A stretch of DNA of 64,000 nucleotides from Camelus ferus. Its lineage: Eukaryota. The translations under genes were made by a program, and so were the position numbers. The notes under the pieces are model-generated. The model did no database searches. It saw nothing but the letters and a program-made list of their open reading frames with translations, and was not told the origin of the DNA. The stretch is from NCBI RefSeq assembly GCF_009834535.1, contig NC_045696.1, positions 103,356,001 through 103,420,000 on the forward strand, in the 5' to 3' direction. Each line of letters begins with the position of its first letter. The first letter of the stretch is position 1. Below are positions 1-13,412 of the stretch, one piece after another.

Positions 1-3000
1 TCAGGCAAAGAGGCTTTCTTTCAGTTAGGAAAGCCCTGCTGAAGAAAAAAGCAACAGATGTTTCTTCTGTTACAATTGAGGTGGTTTCATTCAAAATTCA
101 CAGTAGCTGGAATGGGGAGGGGAGGTCATAAATCTGACTTAATCAGTGAATAAATACAACTTAGTCATTTAACATTTATTCTTTAATATTCAGGGTTTAA
201 GAAACTGTATAGAGTAACATATTTGGAGTTAACAGACTTTTTGAAGAGGCTTTTTAAAAAAATTATGTGTAATTAGAGGAAATGTGAGAAAGTTTAGTGC
301 CTTTAAATGATGGAAAAATTAAATCGTATAGAATATTAGTGAAAAAACTAAGCCATTATAAAATATATAAAGATTACTTAGGTGGCAAAAGTTTGTCATT
401 GCACGATAGGTTTTAAGTCTCAAAATGAAATTGCAATATGAAACATTATTTGCATTTAGAGATAGATTATTTTACCTTCAATGAGAAGCATGAGACTTAT
501 TCCTAAAGATCTTTGAACAAGAAATGTGGGGAAAATATTTTGAGTTTCATTGAAATGCAGGTTGCAGTTTCCTTCTTTAAAAAAAGATATGAAGCTTAGA
601 GTAAGTAAGCTAATCGAAGGAGGGGAATGTTTATCTGCTGAAAAGAGTAAGAAGAAAGAGCTTGGAAGCGATATGCATGTAATGAAAACAGTCAAAAAGT
701 AGTTTTTAAGTTTGTGGAGTTGCTAATGAGTAAAGTAAAAATCCGTTCTTTTACAAGTAACACAGAAGTTCTGTGCTCTCAGAGTGTGTGTTTATATACA
801 TTACAACTGTATGCATTTCTTTAAGTTAGCTCTTAGAAAACCTGTACTGAGCACCAGATCTTTCACATATGAGGCACTTAATAAAATTTTGCCCTACCCT
901 ACACTGTAAAGTTAGTAATAATATATAAGAGCCCCCAAAATTCTTTGAACCTTCTTCTTTCAGAATTTACCTATGGAGCAAATGTTAAGCAGTTTCCCAA
1001 ATGTTTAATTGGTCTAAGCAGAAGACTGGGAAAGATAGCAACATTCAGGGGGATTATTAAAAGTTTCTCTTGTTCTTAGCTAGGGCCTGTGAGCTCCCCT
1101 GAAGATTTCTTTGCTTCAAATAATGACAGCAGAATTTAGAGATACTGAAACTTTTCAGATCACTATTTGAATTAAGATTGAGTCTAAACTGTCTATGTAC
1201 ATTTTGCTTTTTTAGGAATAGCAATATGTAACTATTCCTTATTTTTTTTTCCTCTCTAAGATAACTAACTTACATGGAGTTTAAAATGGATTTACAGAGT
1301 TGTGGATTTGATTAGAGTAAGAACTTGTATTATTTTGCACAAAGAATGTGTAATTCTAATGGAACAGACAACCCTAAAGAAAGCTGGTGAGCTCGCATGT
1401 GGTGTGTAACTATGACAGCATCATAGGTCGTAGTTATCAAAAATGTGTGTCACTTACAGATGTAGGCACGACAGTCCTGTACAGCAGCAGTGCAGAAAGA
1501 ATCGAGACTGTTAACCCTTCAACTTAAGAACAATACACTGAAAGAAGACTTGTGGGGTGAGGTGCGCGTGGTTCCTGCCTTACGTATGAGCTCTAGCACA
1601 GAACTGAGGCCTGGGGGAAGGGGGGCCTCCCCCTTTTGTTTTTCTCCAAGTCAGAAGATGCAGAGAGTGACTGATTGAGACGTTCTCTCTGTCTTACATA
1701 CTTTTATGGAGTTGGAAGCTATTGATGGCGACCTAAAATATCGCATCTCTGGTGCAGAGGTCAGAGGGAAGATTTGCCTGAAGCCTGTATTTTTCTGAGA
1801 GGAAAACCTTTTATGTTGCTGTTGAGGAGCAGCTGTGAGTGTTGTGCTTTAAGTGTCTTCTGAGTTAACTCTGTTTTGCAAGTGGCTCCAGGAACCTATG
1901 AGGTAATAGCATTATTTCTTCCCACCAAGTTTTAAGCAACCAGTTTTCAGATGAACTTCTGGGTCTTGACTCTAAAGCTGGAGATCAGCAGCAGGGGCTT
2001 TGTCTGTGCATTTTGCTCACTTTTGCAAAGGTTGGCAACTCTTCGCAATTTCTTTGACAGAAACATGAAGAGACATCTAACTGAGCACTTACTGTGTGTC
2101 AGGTAGACCCAGTGGAACTTATTTATAAAAGTCTGCAGAATATTTTAATAGGTAAGATTTTAATACAAAAGATTTTGTTGATATTGATGTAGAAGATTTC
2201 TTGCTCTTGGCAATATGCTTTAGACGTAGCTTCAGTAATAGCTCTCCGGTGGAACACGTTGTTGAAATAAGAATATTGATGGCAATGCAGTTGTGAATGA
2301 GCTACTTGGTATGGCAGATGGAATACAAGGATCCCTTTTTTTTAATCTGTTAAGTAATGGAACTGCTTTGAAATTCTAATTCACAGGTGGCCTTCGGTCT
2401 TTTTGAGTGTAAGTGTCCTAAAGTTTTAAAATTGATCTTAAGAAGGCAACTTCTAAATACTAGATCTGTCTGCAGTCGTTGCTGCCTTTTGTAACTTTTA
2501 GAAAAATATCTTCTGACTGTAAATTTAAAATGATTTATTTGTTAACGCTGTCTGTGGCAGGTTACCATCTCACAGGGGCTGTGGGCTTATTCATGAGTGA
2601 TGTCCACTTAAGTGCCCTGGGTGGCTGGGTGTTCTAGTGCTCATTGGCTCTGATCCTTGTGGCGCACCCAGCTGCGATGATCTGCTCTAGCCATTCAGGG
2701 CTGTTGGTACAAGATAAAATGGGCTACTTTCCGCTCACTCTTTTCTTTTGCAGTCAGCGTCTATGTGCCATCTGTTGGGTGTATCGGCCGTGGTGACGGT
2801 GCTAAAAGTAGTGGTTGAAAATAGGCTGAACGTTGAAAAGATACAACATTTAAGAACAAGCGACTGAATAAATAAGGGTCACTCGGCCCTTTCTCTCTTT
2901 AAAATGAAAACAGAGATAAGTGGAGTGGCGTCTACTTAGATGCTGTTGCTTCTTTAATTTGAACACAGAGAAGACGGGAACTTGAAGCAGCCTGTCCCTG

Positions 3001-4974
3001 TCTCGCTTGAGCCTAAGAATCATCTGAGGCACTTGTTTAAAATGCGCATTGCCACCTGGTTTCTGATTCTTTAGTGTCTAGTGAAGCCCACAAGTATGTA
3101 TTTTGAATAAGAGGGACATTGCCCTCTCCCACTTTTGTCGCCGCTTTGTGTCTTATGGCCAGGCACATGCGGGAAGAGTTACTGGGAAGGCCTGGAAGAA
3201 CCAAGTTGTTTGAGGCCATATGGCAAAAGCTTCAATTACTAATCAGAAGATACAGTGTCCAGAAATGGGAAGATCTAATTAGGCAGGTGGGAGAGAAGTG
3301 AAAAAATTAAGAACGAAAAGATTTCCTTGTCTGAGCAAGGTAATCGAAAAGGGACAAAATTACATGTTTTAACTAAAGATAAAAAAAGCCAGGGAAGAAG
3401 CTGTGGGATCGGACTTCTAGATGAGACAAACGTCTTTGGATGGACATTTAAAAAATACTGGAAGGGGAAGGTTCTGCAAAAGAGACCTAGTGGGAATGGA
3501 CTTCATAGTGTCTAAGATCTTTTAGCTTTGAGGTTTGATAAACTAAATGAAAACAATGATAATTTTCCAGATACTAGAGCCTGAATTAAGGAATTCATTT
3601 GTGAAGAAGCACTATTTAAGTCCCAGCATGTGGGAAGATGGAAAAAGAAAATTTTTTCTCCTTTCAAATTGAAGAATCTGGGGCATTTATGGTTCTGGAT
3701 ACCAGAGAAAGAGGGAGGTAGCTAATTGTTTTAAAAGGTGTCCTCCAAGTGAAAATGCTTATCAAAGCCAAGAGAACAGACTTGATCCTCTAGGGAAAGT
3801 ATGTAGGAAAGACTGACATAAAAGATTTATTGTCCCATTAGGGCTGTGCCCTGAGGGCTGGAGAGCTGTTTTTTGTTACGGTCATTTCAAGGATCCTTTC
3901 TGTGGTTCGTTGGAGATTCTGGTTAGGTGGTCCACTTGGGGGAATCCTAGAAGTCCTGTGTTCTGACCGCTGCAGAAACATCCGCGCTTTGGCTTCCATG
4001 CCCCTGATATGAAGGAATATACATTTCAGATCTTCTGTCTATCTGTGCACGAAGGATGCTTGATTGCCATTTTTGGAACCACATAGAGAGAAGGAGGTCA
4101 CTTTAACCATTATACTTTGGAGCTATTATGAACTTTTCTCTTCCTCACCGTCCCTATTTATAGTGATGTGGTCACCCACGTTAAAAAGTTTAGTAATGAT
4201 GTTGGCCTTTGGATTTAATCTTAGCAATTTCAGTGAACCTGAGTGAGTCCACATGCAACAAAATAGAACGTAACAGTATTACAAGGTGTGTGTAGTTAAT
4301 GCATGTTATAACTTTACTAGTAGCTAAGCTATAAATAGAATAAAAACTTAAAAAAAAAGATCTGAACATATTTAAAGGTAACAATGAAGGAAGTCAGAGT
4401 GACTGCAGTATTTATTTATTTATATTCACCCCCCCAGTCCTGACAGGCACATTATACATGGATGTGCTGTATGTTACTGATCTTCCAGATTTGCTATTTC
4501 CAGTTGGGTATGCTGTCTTTTCAAATTAATTATGAGTTGTTTATATGTGTTTCATTTATGAAGGCAAGTGCTGTTGATCTACTGGGCCTGAGTTATTTTT
4601 CAAATAAAAGTGTTAACTAGCTATCCCCTGAGCCATCCATATTGTTTCTCCTGCCTCTACTCTGTCTCCAGTGACATCTCTTGCTTTCTAGATGGCCGGC
4701 TGAAATTAGAAGTGCAGTCTGAAGGTTGTGGAATCTTTGCTCTTTGCAAAATGAATTGGCCTATTCCAGAATTGACCTGGGACTTAACCTCATTAGTATT
4801 ATATTTGAAACTGGTCAAGTCCTTTATAACAGTTATTAACAAATAATTAAAAGGTATTATAATTTGTATAGTTATATAATATAAGGGAAGGAAAAAAGTA
4901 CTTGACACTTTCTTTTTCTGAGTCTCTCTGTTCTCTGTTGGAAATGTTAATCATGAATAAAATAAATCTGGTGA

Positions 4975-6330
4975 TACTGTCGCGTAAATAGGCAGATCAG
5001 TGGAGCAGAATAGAAAGTCAATAAATAGACCTAAATAAGTAAATGATCAAGGTAGACTCTCATATTAGCATGGGAGAAGGAGGGTTGATTATTTATTAAA
5101 AATAGCCATCTAGGAAAAAAAAAGATGGATCTTTCACTTGTCACATCAGATAAATTCTAGATGAATCAAAGATTTATAATTTAAAATGAAGTCATTGAAG
5201 TATTATAAGAAAACATGGGTGATGTTTAATACAACCTTTAGCATGCAACTAATGATAGGTAATTTCAAAGAACAGCATATCCAACTGGAAATACCAGACT
5301 TGTAAGAGAAGTAAAACACAACACATCCATGCATGATGTGGCCCTCCAGGGTGGGGAGCAAAGATAAATACATAAACTGTGCAGTTACTCTGACCTTCTT
5401 TATTTTAATATTTAAACATCCTCACGGACCTTTTTTTTTTATCATGACACTAAAGTCATAAAAGGAAAGAACCATAAAATTGATGACATTCTTTAAAAAT
5501 GTGCGAAGGAAATCATATATAAAAGCAAAAGACAGGTGTCAAATTGGGAAAAATATTTGCAGCAGGTAAGAAAGAATATACTCATTCCTTCAATATTTAA
5601 AGAGGATCTACCAATTTAAAGAATCACCAACAGCCAAGAGAAAGATGGACATAATTCTCACAAAGGAAAATTTAGAAGATTTTTAAACCAAAAAAAAAAA
5701 GGCCAGTCTTACTCATAATAATAAGTTTAAACCAAAATAAAATAAAATCAGAATGAGGTACTTTTTTTAACCTAAAGGTTGACAGAAATAAAGTTTAATG
5801 ACACACTGAGTAGGTAAGGATATGTGGAAATGGACAGTAATGCATTTCTGTACGGAGGGTTGAATTGGTGTATCCAGTTGGTACAACCAGTATGTGTGAC
5901 GACTTATGCGTAGTCATTGCAGTATTGTTTGTAGTAGTAAAAGATTTTACTATTAATAATGTTTGTAATACTGAAAGCTTTCCATTTTAAGGGACTTAAA
6001 CTGTTCGAGCCATAAAAAAAAATGCTATGTAGCTAACAAAGTAAGTATTAAAGCAGAACTACATTATACAGGATGGGAAAGACATCTAACATAGATACAG
6101 TGTTATGAGGTGGGAAAAAAGCAACATGCAAACTAATATAATATTCAACCATTTGTGTAAGGAGAAAGCATATTTAGGTACATATGTTTGTATATGCCTA
6201 GAATATTTCTGGAAGGTTATGTATAGACTGGCACCAGTAGCTGTCACTAAGGAAGAGATTGGTTTAAGTGGTGGTTGGGGATGGGAGGAGACTTAGTTTT
6301 CACTGCCTACTCCTGTCTCATGAATTTGTG
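4975..6330 (+). mobile_element. Old L1 (L1M-type) ORF2/3' fragments
   Basis: A-rich degenerate L1 motifs (cagatcagtggagcagaatagaaag; aaattgggaaaaatatttgca); approximate limits. Confidence 0.55.
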
Positions 6331-6984
6331 TCGTGCGCTTCTCTGCAGACATTCAAGCCTTCATTCATGTGTTCAACAAATACTTGTTGAACTCTGCTAA
6401 AGCCCAGGCACTATGCTCGCTGCTGGAGATAAAGTGGTGAATGAGATAATGAATCCCCCGTTCTTGTAGAACTTAGCATTCTGGGAGTGGGCAGGCTCTG
6501 GACAGATAATAATCACATAAGAAGTAAATATAAATATGCCATACGTTGTATAGAGAAAAGTGCTCTGGTGAAAAATCGTAATGAGTGAAGAAGTGTGTAT
6601 ACAGTGGGGTCAGACATCTCTGATGCAGTGACAACCTAGTGGAGACTTGAAGGAAGCTGGAGAGTAAGGGCTGTAGATAGCTCTCTGGAGAAAGAAAGTT
6701 CTAGGCAGAGGAAACTTTTAAGGACAAAGGCCATGAGGCAGAAACTTGCTGGGCATAGCTTGAGGAATAGCAGAGAGGCCTGGGCGAACGTGGTGGAATG
6801 AAGGGAGAGATTGAAGAGAGACTTGACAGATGACAGGGTCATAGAGGAATGAGTTGGGTGGCATAGGGCTCTGTAAACCGTCATGAGGACTTACACTGCC
6901 TGAGATGCAAAGCCAGCTGGGGAGTTCTGAAGAGAATTACTCCACAAGGCAGGATCACACTGCCTGCTGTGTGATGGTGGGTAC

Positions 6985-7525
6985 TGCAGTGCTGTTTAGT
7001 AGTACAGTGTGAGTCACGTCGTTTTAAGTTTTCTAGTAGCCACATTTAAAAAGGCAAAAAAAGAAACAAGTAAAGTTAATTTTGATGATAGATTTGTATG
7101 TAACCCAGTATATCATTATCATTGAACATGCAATCAGTAGGAACAGATTTTTAATGAGATATTGTACACATTCAAGCACTTAGCCTTCAAAATCTGTATT
7201 TTACACTTAAAGCACATTTCAGTTTAGATGCTAAATTTTCAACAGTTGAGGTGAAATGTAGTTCTACCAAAACAATAATACTGTTTTTTAAAGACTTACT
7301 TTAAATAATATTTTCATTTTTTGTTTGTTTTTTACTTTTGTTTTTGTTTGTACATCATAATCTTTTTTAAAAAAATAATGCTGTTTTTAATGGGAAAATA
7401 TTTTATACTGCTTCAGTTTTTAAATTTAAATTAATTAAAATTCAGTAAATTTAGAAATTAGGCCCTTGATCACACTAACTACATTTCAAGTGCTTAATAG
7501 CTACTGTGTCTAGTGACGACAGTAT
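6985..7525. mobile_element. hAT-Charlie MITE (MER3/MER33-like)
   Basis: Motifs ttttctagtagccacatttaaaaagg and acatttcaagtgcttaatagc are typical of MER3/MER33. Confidence 0.65.
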
Positions 7526-7859
7526 TCGAAGGCTGGGAGCAGAGCTGTGGGGTGAGGTGGGCCTAATGCAGAACAGGTTGATGAATCAAGAAAATATTGC
7601 AATAATTCAAACAAGAGATGGTGACTTGGATCAGAGTGGTAGCAGTGGAGTAGTGGTTGTATTCAAGATACATTTTATTTTATTTTTTGTAAATATTAAA
7701 TCATTATTTTTATTGTGGGTATGAATACAGATGTATAACAAAGAACTAAATAAGATTTTAAAATAAGGACCATCATCATAAATGTAAACCAGTGATGTTC
7801 TGACCCAGCCACCTCTTGTTACATAGGTTTTTTGTTTTGTTTTTTTACATTGTTCATCT

Positions 7860-8058
7860 GCTTTTAAAAAAATTGTAATACAATTTATAAAGGTTACTTT
7901 CCATTAACAGGTATTACAAAATTGCTTGTATTCCCCGTGTTGTACAATGAATACATCCCTGAGCCTGTCTTACACCCAGTATTTTGCCTCACACGCCCCA
8001 CCCCTGTATCGCCCCTCCCCACCCCTCCCCACTGGTAACCACTAGTTTGTTCTCTATT
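7860..8058 (-). mobile_element. L1 3' UTR fragment
   Basis: tattccccgtgttgtacaat...ccactggtaaccactagtttgttctctat. Confidence 0.7.
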
Positions 8059-11039
8059 CAAGATACGTTTTAAAGTCAGGGCCAACAGGGTTTATTAATG
8101 GATTGAATGTAGGGTATAAGAGGAGGTCAACAGTGATCTCTTTTGGTCTAAACAGTTGAAGAATGGAGTTGACATTTACTGAGGTGAAGAGATGGGAGAA
8201 GGAGGTTTCTGGTGGGATGGAGAGTGATCAGAAGTTAGATTCTGAATATGTCAAGTTTAAGATATCTGTTAAACATCAAAATGGAGATATGGGAAATGAC
8301 ATTTGATATGTGACTCTGAAGTTCAGGAGAGAGATGTAATCTGGAGGGATGTACACAGGAGCCATCAGATCACCTCGTGAGGAAGAGTAGACAGAGAAGA
8401 GTTGGAGCCCCGTTACGAGAGGCTCCTGAGTTTTTAGAGAGGGGATCCAGCAGTCAAGACTGAGAAGGAGAAGCCAGTGGGTTAGGAGGAGAACCAAGAG
8501 AGAATGGTGGCTTGGGTGCCAAGTAAAGAGTTTTTGAGAGAAAGGTGAGATTTTGAAAAGTGTCAGATATGGCTGGCAGGTTAAGATAAGTTGAAAACTG
8601 AGATTTGACCGTTGGATTTAGCAAAGCAACATGGAGATGATCTTGGAGGAGCAGTTTCAGTGAAGTTGGGGTGGGAAGTGGGAGTGGGTTAAAGAAAATA
8701 GTGGAGAAGTGGAGACAGCAAATGTTGACAGATTTTGTGAGTTTTGCTGCAGAGGGCAACAGACATGAGTTGGTAGCGGGAAAGCTGTGCATGATTAAGA
8801 AAAATTGGTTTTGTCTTTTGTTTTTAAGATGAAAGAAATAGTGAGTGTTTATGTGCTGAGGAGAATCATCCTGCAGAGGGGGGAGATGGTGATGCTGCAG
8901 GAAGACTTTCAAAAGAGAGGGTAGCTGGAGGAATATAATTTAGACAAATACATGAACTTCCTGTTTATAAATTAAACTTAAAAAGTAGACAACAAGGTAA
9001 CAGAAGAGAAAAAAGCACAAGGATTGTATAATCCATAATTAACTTCTTACTAATAAATATGAAATTGCTTAGGTCACTTTTCCCCCTTTTTTTAAGGTAT
9101 AATTTACATGTAATAGAATTAATCCTTTTTAGCCTAGAGTTCTCTGAATTTGACAGACACATACACCACCACAATGTGGGTCATTTTTAAACATTTATTT
9201 AGGGCTGCAGGTTTAGCTTGTGAAGTTTGGGCCCTGTATAGAAGTGATGTGGGATATACATTATTTCTGATTTGAGATATTTATAAACCCATAAGATAGG
9301 TGTATTCTTTCCTACAGTAAGTTACTAATTTGGTTCTTCTAGGAGGATATGATACAGGCTTGGGTAAAAAGGTTTTCTCCAAAACTAATTCAGACCCCCC
9401 CAAAATTTTTTTTCCCCCAGAAAGTCAGTGCTGTGAATAAATAACTTATACTGGCATCATGTAGGCAAACCACAATTATTTGAGTGAACTTTTTCTTTTT
9501 AATTGGACATATTGAAGGTGATTAACTATATCTGGAACCCCCTAAAGAACTTTGAGGGAAAGAAATCTTTGGTGTCTGGACAATTCTAATGGAAAACAGA
9601 AAGATTCCAGTTACTCAAGAAATTGAAATAAAATTGGAGCCAAAATTTGGTGCCTGTGCCAAGATTTGGCATAAGTTTTTAGCTCTTTTTCTAGCCCTTT
9701 TCGTAGGTGATTGATCTCATTTAGTCAATTCAGGGACTTACCAGGACCAAACTCCAGGCAGGTCTTTAAATTTTTGTTTTTTAATAAATACATCAAGTAC
9801 CAGGAATTGGCTTCTGGACAGTGTCAGGACCCTGTTGCCAAGGAGCTGTGAATTAAGGCCAGGTACTTATGAAAAATTGTTTAGACTTGGTTTGGGTTAC
9901 TTCTGATGTGGCTGAAATTTCCAGGAGACCGGATGTTTATAGCCTACTTAGATGTCCTTTTGAGTGCAAAACATGATGTTTCTGCTGCTGAGCCTAGTTG
10001 ATTTGATGAAGGTAAATTGTATCTAAATACATGGCTTTTATGTCTGGGTATTACAATTACTGACGTCCCAGAAGAGCCCCTTTAACTGCTTCTAAGGCAG
10101 ATTTCAGTTTTACTAATCATAAAGCACAGATCCCTCACTTATAAGTGCTTCAACTTGCTTCAGGGGCTGTGTGATTCTCTCTCACTCTCATTCTCACTTT
10201 GTTTTCCCCTTCAGAATGGCAGTAGCTTTTTACATTATAAAACAAGTGAATGCTTGTTCATAAAACATTTTTTAAAGTGTAATTAAAAAGTATAAACCAG
10301 GGTAAAACATTTCTCTGTATTACTCACCCAGAACTAACCTCTATTAAATTTGATGTTTATCTTGCCAGACTTTTTGTGCACATGTAAACTCGTGTGTACG
10401 TAGTTTTTAAGGTAAATGGTAATCCTACTGTCTTGTGATAGGAACATTTTTTCCATGGCAATATATACTTGTATTTTTTTAAGGCACTTCATAATATTCC
10501 GTCATACACATGTACCAAAGATGTTTAAACATTTAAATTGTTTCCAGGTCTTTGCTTTTATCCACAGTACTGCAGTCCTTGGACATGTGGAACTGTTCTT
10601 ATCTGCTTAGTTTATTAGGCTACATAGCAGACCTGCGATACATAGCAGAGGACCTGCTGATCGGGGGAAGGCACGTTATTAATTGTGGCGTTTCTGCAGG
10701 GCCAGGGGTCAGTTGCCACTTAGGTGACAGAGGGCAGTTGAAAGAATATTTGTTGAGATGGAAAGAAACTTTAACATGTGTATCATTCTTTTTAAAGCAC
10801 TTATTTAAAATTTTATACTCTAACACAGAGTCCCTAAGCCCCTCAATTACACTGTAGGACTGCCCTCCAAAAAGGCTCTCCCGTGGATGTATTAGCTTGA
10901 GTGCAGTGGACAGTTCACTTGTCCTGAGTGTCTGTTGGGCTTAGCATTTGTACTTGACAATCAGTAGGTGCCAAGTAAATATTTTTTAAATGAATCCATT
11001 TTGCCACTTCTTTACTAACTCAGGACATTATCAAACTTC

Positions 11040-11740
11040 TTCATCTTTTATCAGTCTGGTCCATTGAAACGTTTCTTTTTTTTAGAGTATTAATTTTTTA
11101 TTATTGAAATTCATCACCATTTCTGTGTAAATTTCTTTTACCAAGTCTGTGATTTGTCTTAAGTATATTGGGTCTTTTGCCATTTAGAAAATATTTATAT
11201 TTAGGTAGTCAAATCTGTTTTCACTGAAGATTTCTAAATTCTGTAATGTACTTAGAAGATCCTTCCTCATCCCCAGATTTAAAAAAAAACTACTATGTTT
11301 TCTAATACTTTTAGGGTTTAATTTTTATATTTAGATATTTGATCTGTCTGGGATTTATTGTTTGCAAGATGAGAAATTGAAATCTAAGATTTCTTTTATC
11401 CAAACGGACAATTTCTTGTCTCAACAACATTTCTTAAGTAATCTACCCTTTCCCCATTGGTTTGAAATGATACTTTTACTGTATATAAAATTTTCATATA
11501 TAAATGAAATAATTTCTGGACTCTGATGTCTGTTTTGTCAATTTCTTTATCTGCTTCTTAGCTGTCACATGGCCTCAATCCCTTTAGCTATGTAATAATT
11601 ATGAAATCTGGGAGGCTAAAGTTTCTCTCTTCCTCATTGTTCCTTTTTTTCAAATTTTCTTGGCTGTTCTCTGTCTTTACTCTTCCAGATACACTTTTGA
11701 ATCAATTTGTCAGATTTATTAAGTTCCCTCTCAGTTCTCT
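11040..11740 (-). mobile_element. Old L1 (L1ME-like) fragment
   Basis: T-rich degenerate antisense L1 ORF2-like sequence. Confidence 0.5.
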
Positions 11741-12699
11741 GATATTAACTGGCATGACAGATCTGGCTCTAATGATGTTTTCCTTTTTGTTTTTGACCTA
11801 GTTTTATATTCTTCATTTGCCTTTACTGTTAGGTTTACAATTAGGGTCAGTCTGTTCCCTAACCTTAAATACCTTATTTCGTGTGTTTCTTATTTCACTG
11901 TTCTCAAGCTTTCAACTTTTGCTTCCAAAACAGGGTATCAGAGATGATCTTAAACATTCAGCCTCATTACAGTCATTTTGAAAAACCATCTGAGCCAGAC
12001 TTTCTCAGGGCTGGGTCCTTCCTCTCATGAATCAGTGGCTGGTCCTTCTCCAGCCTGGACCGAGCTTATGGCATGTGTCTATCATTCCATAGCTGTGCCT
12101 CCCTCTAGAATCACAGATTCGTATTCTCCAGATAAGTAGATTCTTTAACAGGTGAATAACCATAGTTGGGGAGTTTTGACAACAACCTTAATTTTTAATC
12201 TTTGGCAATTGATAAGATTTGCATGTTATGCATTTAAGAAATCAGTTTCACAGTCTCAGAGTAAGGAAACTTTATTTGATAATACTGATTGTTCAGTCAT
12301 GTTTTAAAAACAATAAACAAAGGTCCTGGTGTTTAAATTTACTTCAAACTCAGTGTAAGTTATAACACCTGTTAAAAAGTAACAAAAGATACAATTTAGG
12401 CCATATTACAGGAAGTGTGGTATCCAGATTAGGAGAGGTAACAGCTCCAATCTCTGCAAGTCAAACAGTTTTTGTTGTTTCATGCACCTATTTGGTGCCA
12501 GGGACCAAAACCGGGTGCTAGGATACGAAGCTGAGAGACACAGCCTCCTTACAGTAGGTCATAATAAGAGTAATAATAGGTTTGATGAAAAATCAGAAGA
12601 AGGGCATCCAAGACCTAGACCATTGAGGCTGGAGATGCCTTGTAAGGAGGAGGCAGCACGGAGAGCAGGAGCTGCGGCCCTTTGCTCCCCGCGGGACCT

Positions 12700-12852
12700 C
12701 GTACAGATTCTTCCACCTCCCTCTGTCTTCATTTCTTCATGTGTAAAATGGAGTCAGTAATCATGTATTTCACACTGTTGTCCCAAGTGTTAGTGAGATG
12801 ATGTATATAGGGGAAGCTTCTGGAGCAGACCCTGGCACGTAGTAATCGCTCA
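12700..12852 (+). mobile_element. MIR
   Basis: Core tttcttcatgtgtaaaatggag and 3' end cctggcacgtagtaatcgctcag. Confidence 0.65.
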
Positions 12853-13249
12853 GAGAACGGCGTGGAATACCAGTTTGGAGTGCAGGAAGGCAGCAGTGAG
12901 CTGTCCCAGCAGAGAGAGACTTCCCAGCAGGAGGAAGGGTGTGCACCAGAGCTGGAGCTGTCGATTGGGGGTCTTTCTGGAACTGCAGAGTGTTTAATCT
13001 GATTGGAGCAGAAGGTGCCTGTGGAGGAGCAGTGGGGAAGAGGGGCTGGGGTGAGAGCTCCAGACGGGCTTTTGGTGCCACGATGAGGAGTCTGAAAGGC
13101 CTTGAAGACATGTTGTGGCATCTTGGAAGACCTTAAATATGGGAGTGTCCAGAACAGTTTCACTGGTAGAAAGACTGGTTTGTCACAGATGCGCGGAGTG
13201 GCTAGGAAAGCGGTTTGAAGTAGGGCATCCAGTTGGAGAAGTAATGCTC

Positions 13250-13412
13250 AGATCCGGCTGTACCCTGGAACCATCTGGAAAACTTTTAACTGTCTGATGC
13301 CCAGTTCACTCCGAATCTATTGTATCAGCAGCTCTGGGGGTGAGACTCAGGCATTGGTGTTTTGATTGCTTCCCAGATAATTCCATTGCACAGCCAGGGC
13401 TGTGAACCTCTG
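13250..13412. mobile_element. MER5A-like DNA transposon remnant
   Basis: aaccatctggaaaactttt...tcccagataattccattgcacagccagggctgtgaacc. Confidence 0.55.

Larger units (their letters stand above)
6355..8930 (-). mobile_element. L2 fragments interrupted by younger insertions
   Basis: Begins with the L2 3' terminus in reverse (ttcattcatgtgttcaacaaatacttgttgaac) followed by purine-rich L2-like sequence; interrupted at ~6985-7525 and ~7860-8058. Confidence 0.65.

Noticed and set aside
9240..10200. Unexplained non-repeat-looking stretch, possibly a retrocopy or ERV fragment
   Set aside because: No recognisable coding homology, tail or TSD by eye; it needs a database search.
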